In this document: positions 63,905-64,000 of the stretch, piece after piece
Numbering within the stretch: the first letter of the stretch is position 1
Layout: every line of letters starts with the position of its first letter
Source of the DNA: a virus
DNA length: 64,000 nucleotides
IMG/VR virus record: IMGVR_UViG_3300050821_001592
Location: 20,703-84,702 of that record
Strand: one strand, 5' to 3'
Program-made: the position numbers and the translations under genes
The notes under the pieces: model-generated
Database searches by the model: none
The model's input: the letters and a program-made list of their open reading frames with translations, nothing else
Told to the model about the DNA's origin: nothing

Positions 63905-64000
63905 ATGATTACTTTTCTGAAGGAAGATGAACAGCACCAGCATAACGGCGGCGGTTGGGTCGCTAACACCGCGACCGTAGAAGACACCGCATATATCGGA
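63905..64000 (+). CDS. Partial hexapeptide-repeat (left-handed beta-helix) protein
   Basis: HQHNGGGWVANTATVEDTAYIG; runs off the window end. Confidence 0.6.
   Translation, partial: MITFLKEDEQHQHNGGGWVANTATVEDTAYIG

Noticed and set aside
1-64000. Prophage/integrase module, or firm host assignment
   Set aside because: No integrase, repressor or host genes seen. A diderm host such as Acidobacteriota is only an impression and cannot be supported from this sequence.

Overview
This window is most of a tailed-phage genome with podovirus-like organisation. No integrase is visible. From about 46.2 kb leftward the minus strand carries the late arm: a glycosyl/methyltransferase cluster, terminase, portal, scaffold, major capsid protein, adaptor/nozzle and internal virion proteins, lysis-like genes, nucleotide-metabolism genes and tail-fibre genes. 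The plus strand carries SSB-like, primase-helicase and family A DNA polymerase genes, an iteron-rich origin candidate, a ~1 kb array of structured non-coding RNAs, a probable genome-end region and many small early genes. Best-supported discoveries: (1) a circularly permuted (two-piece) tmRNA gene at 51859-52230 whose tag ends -AAAAGR instead of the -AA degron, inside a promoter-driven array of other structured or tRNA-like RNAs; (2) a Ycf46-like AAA+ ATPase with its Walker B segment upstream of Walker A; (3) a probable injected virion protein carrying GNAT and HhH-glycosylase-like domains; (4) a GT11 + tandem GT31 + two methyltransferase glycan cluster; (5) a chimeric tRNA-Asn abutting an HNH gene; (6) six early promoters with a palindromic box abutting -35, mostly driving leaderless mRNAs; (7) apparent GATC avoidance. 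Family assignments come from motifs recognised by eye, not from database searches.
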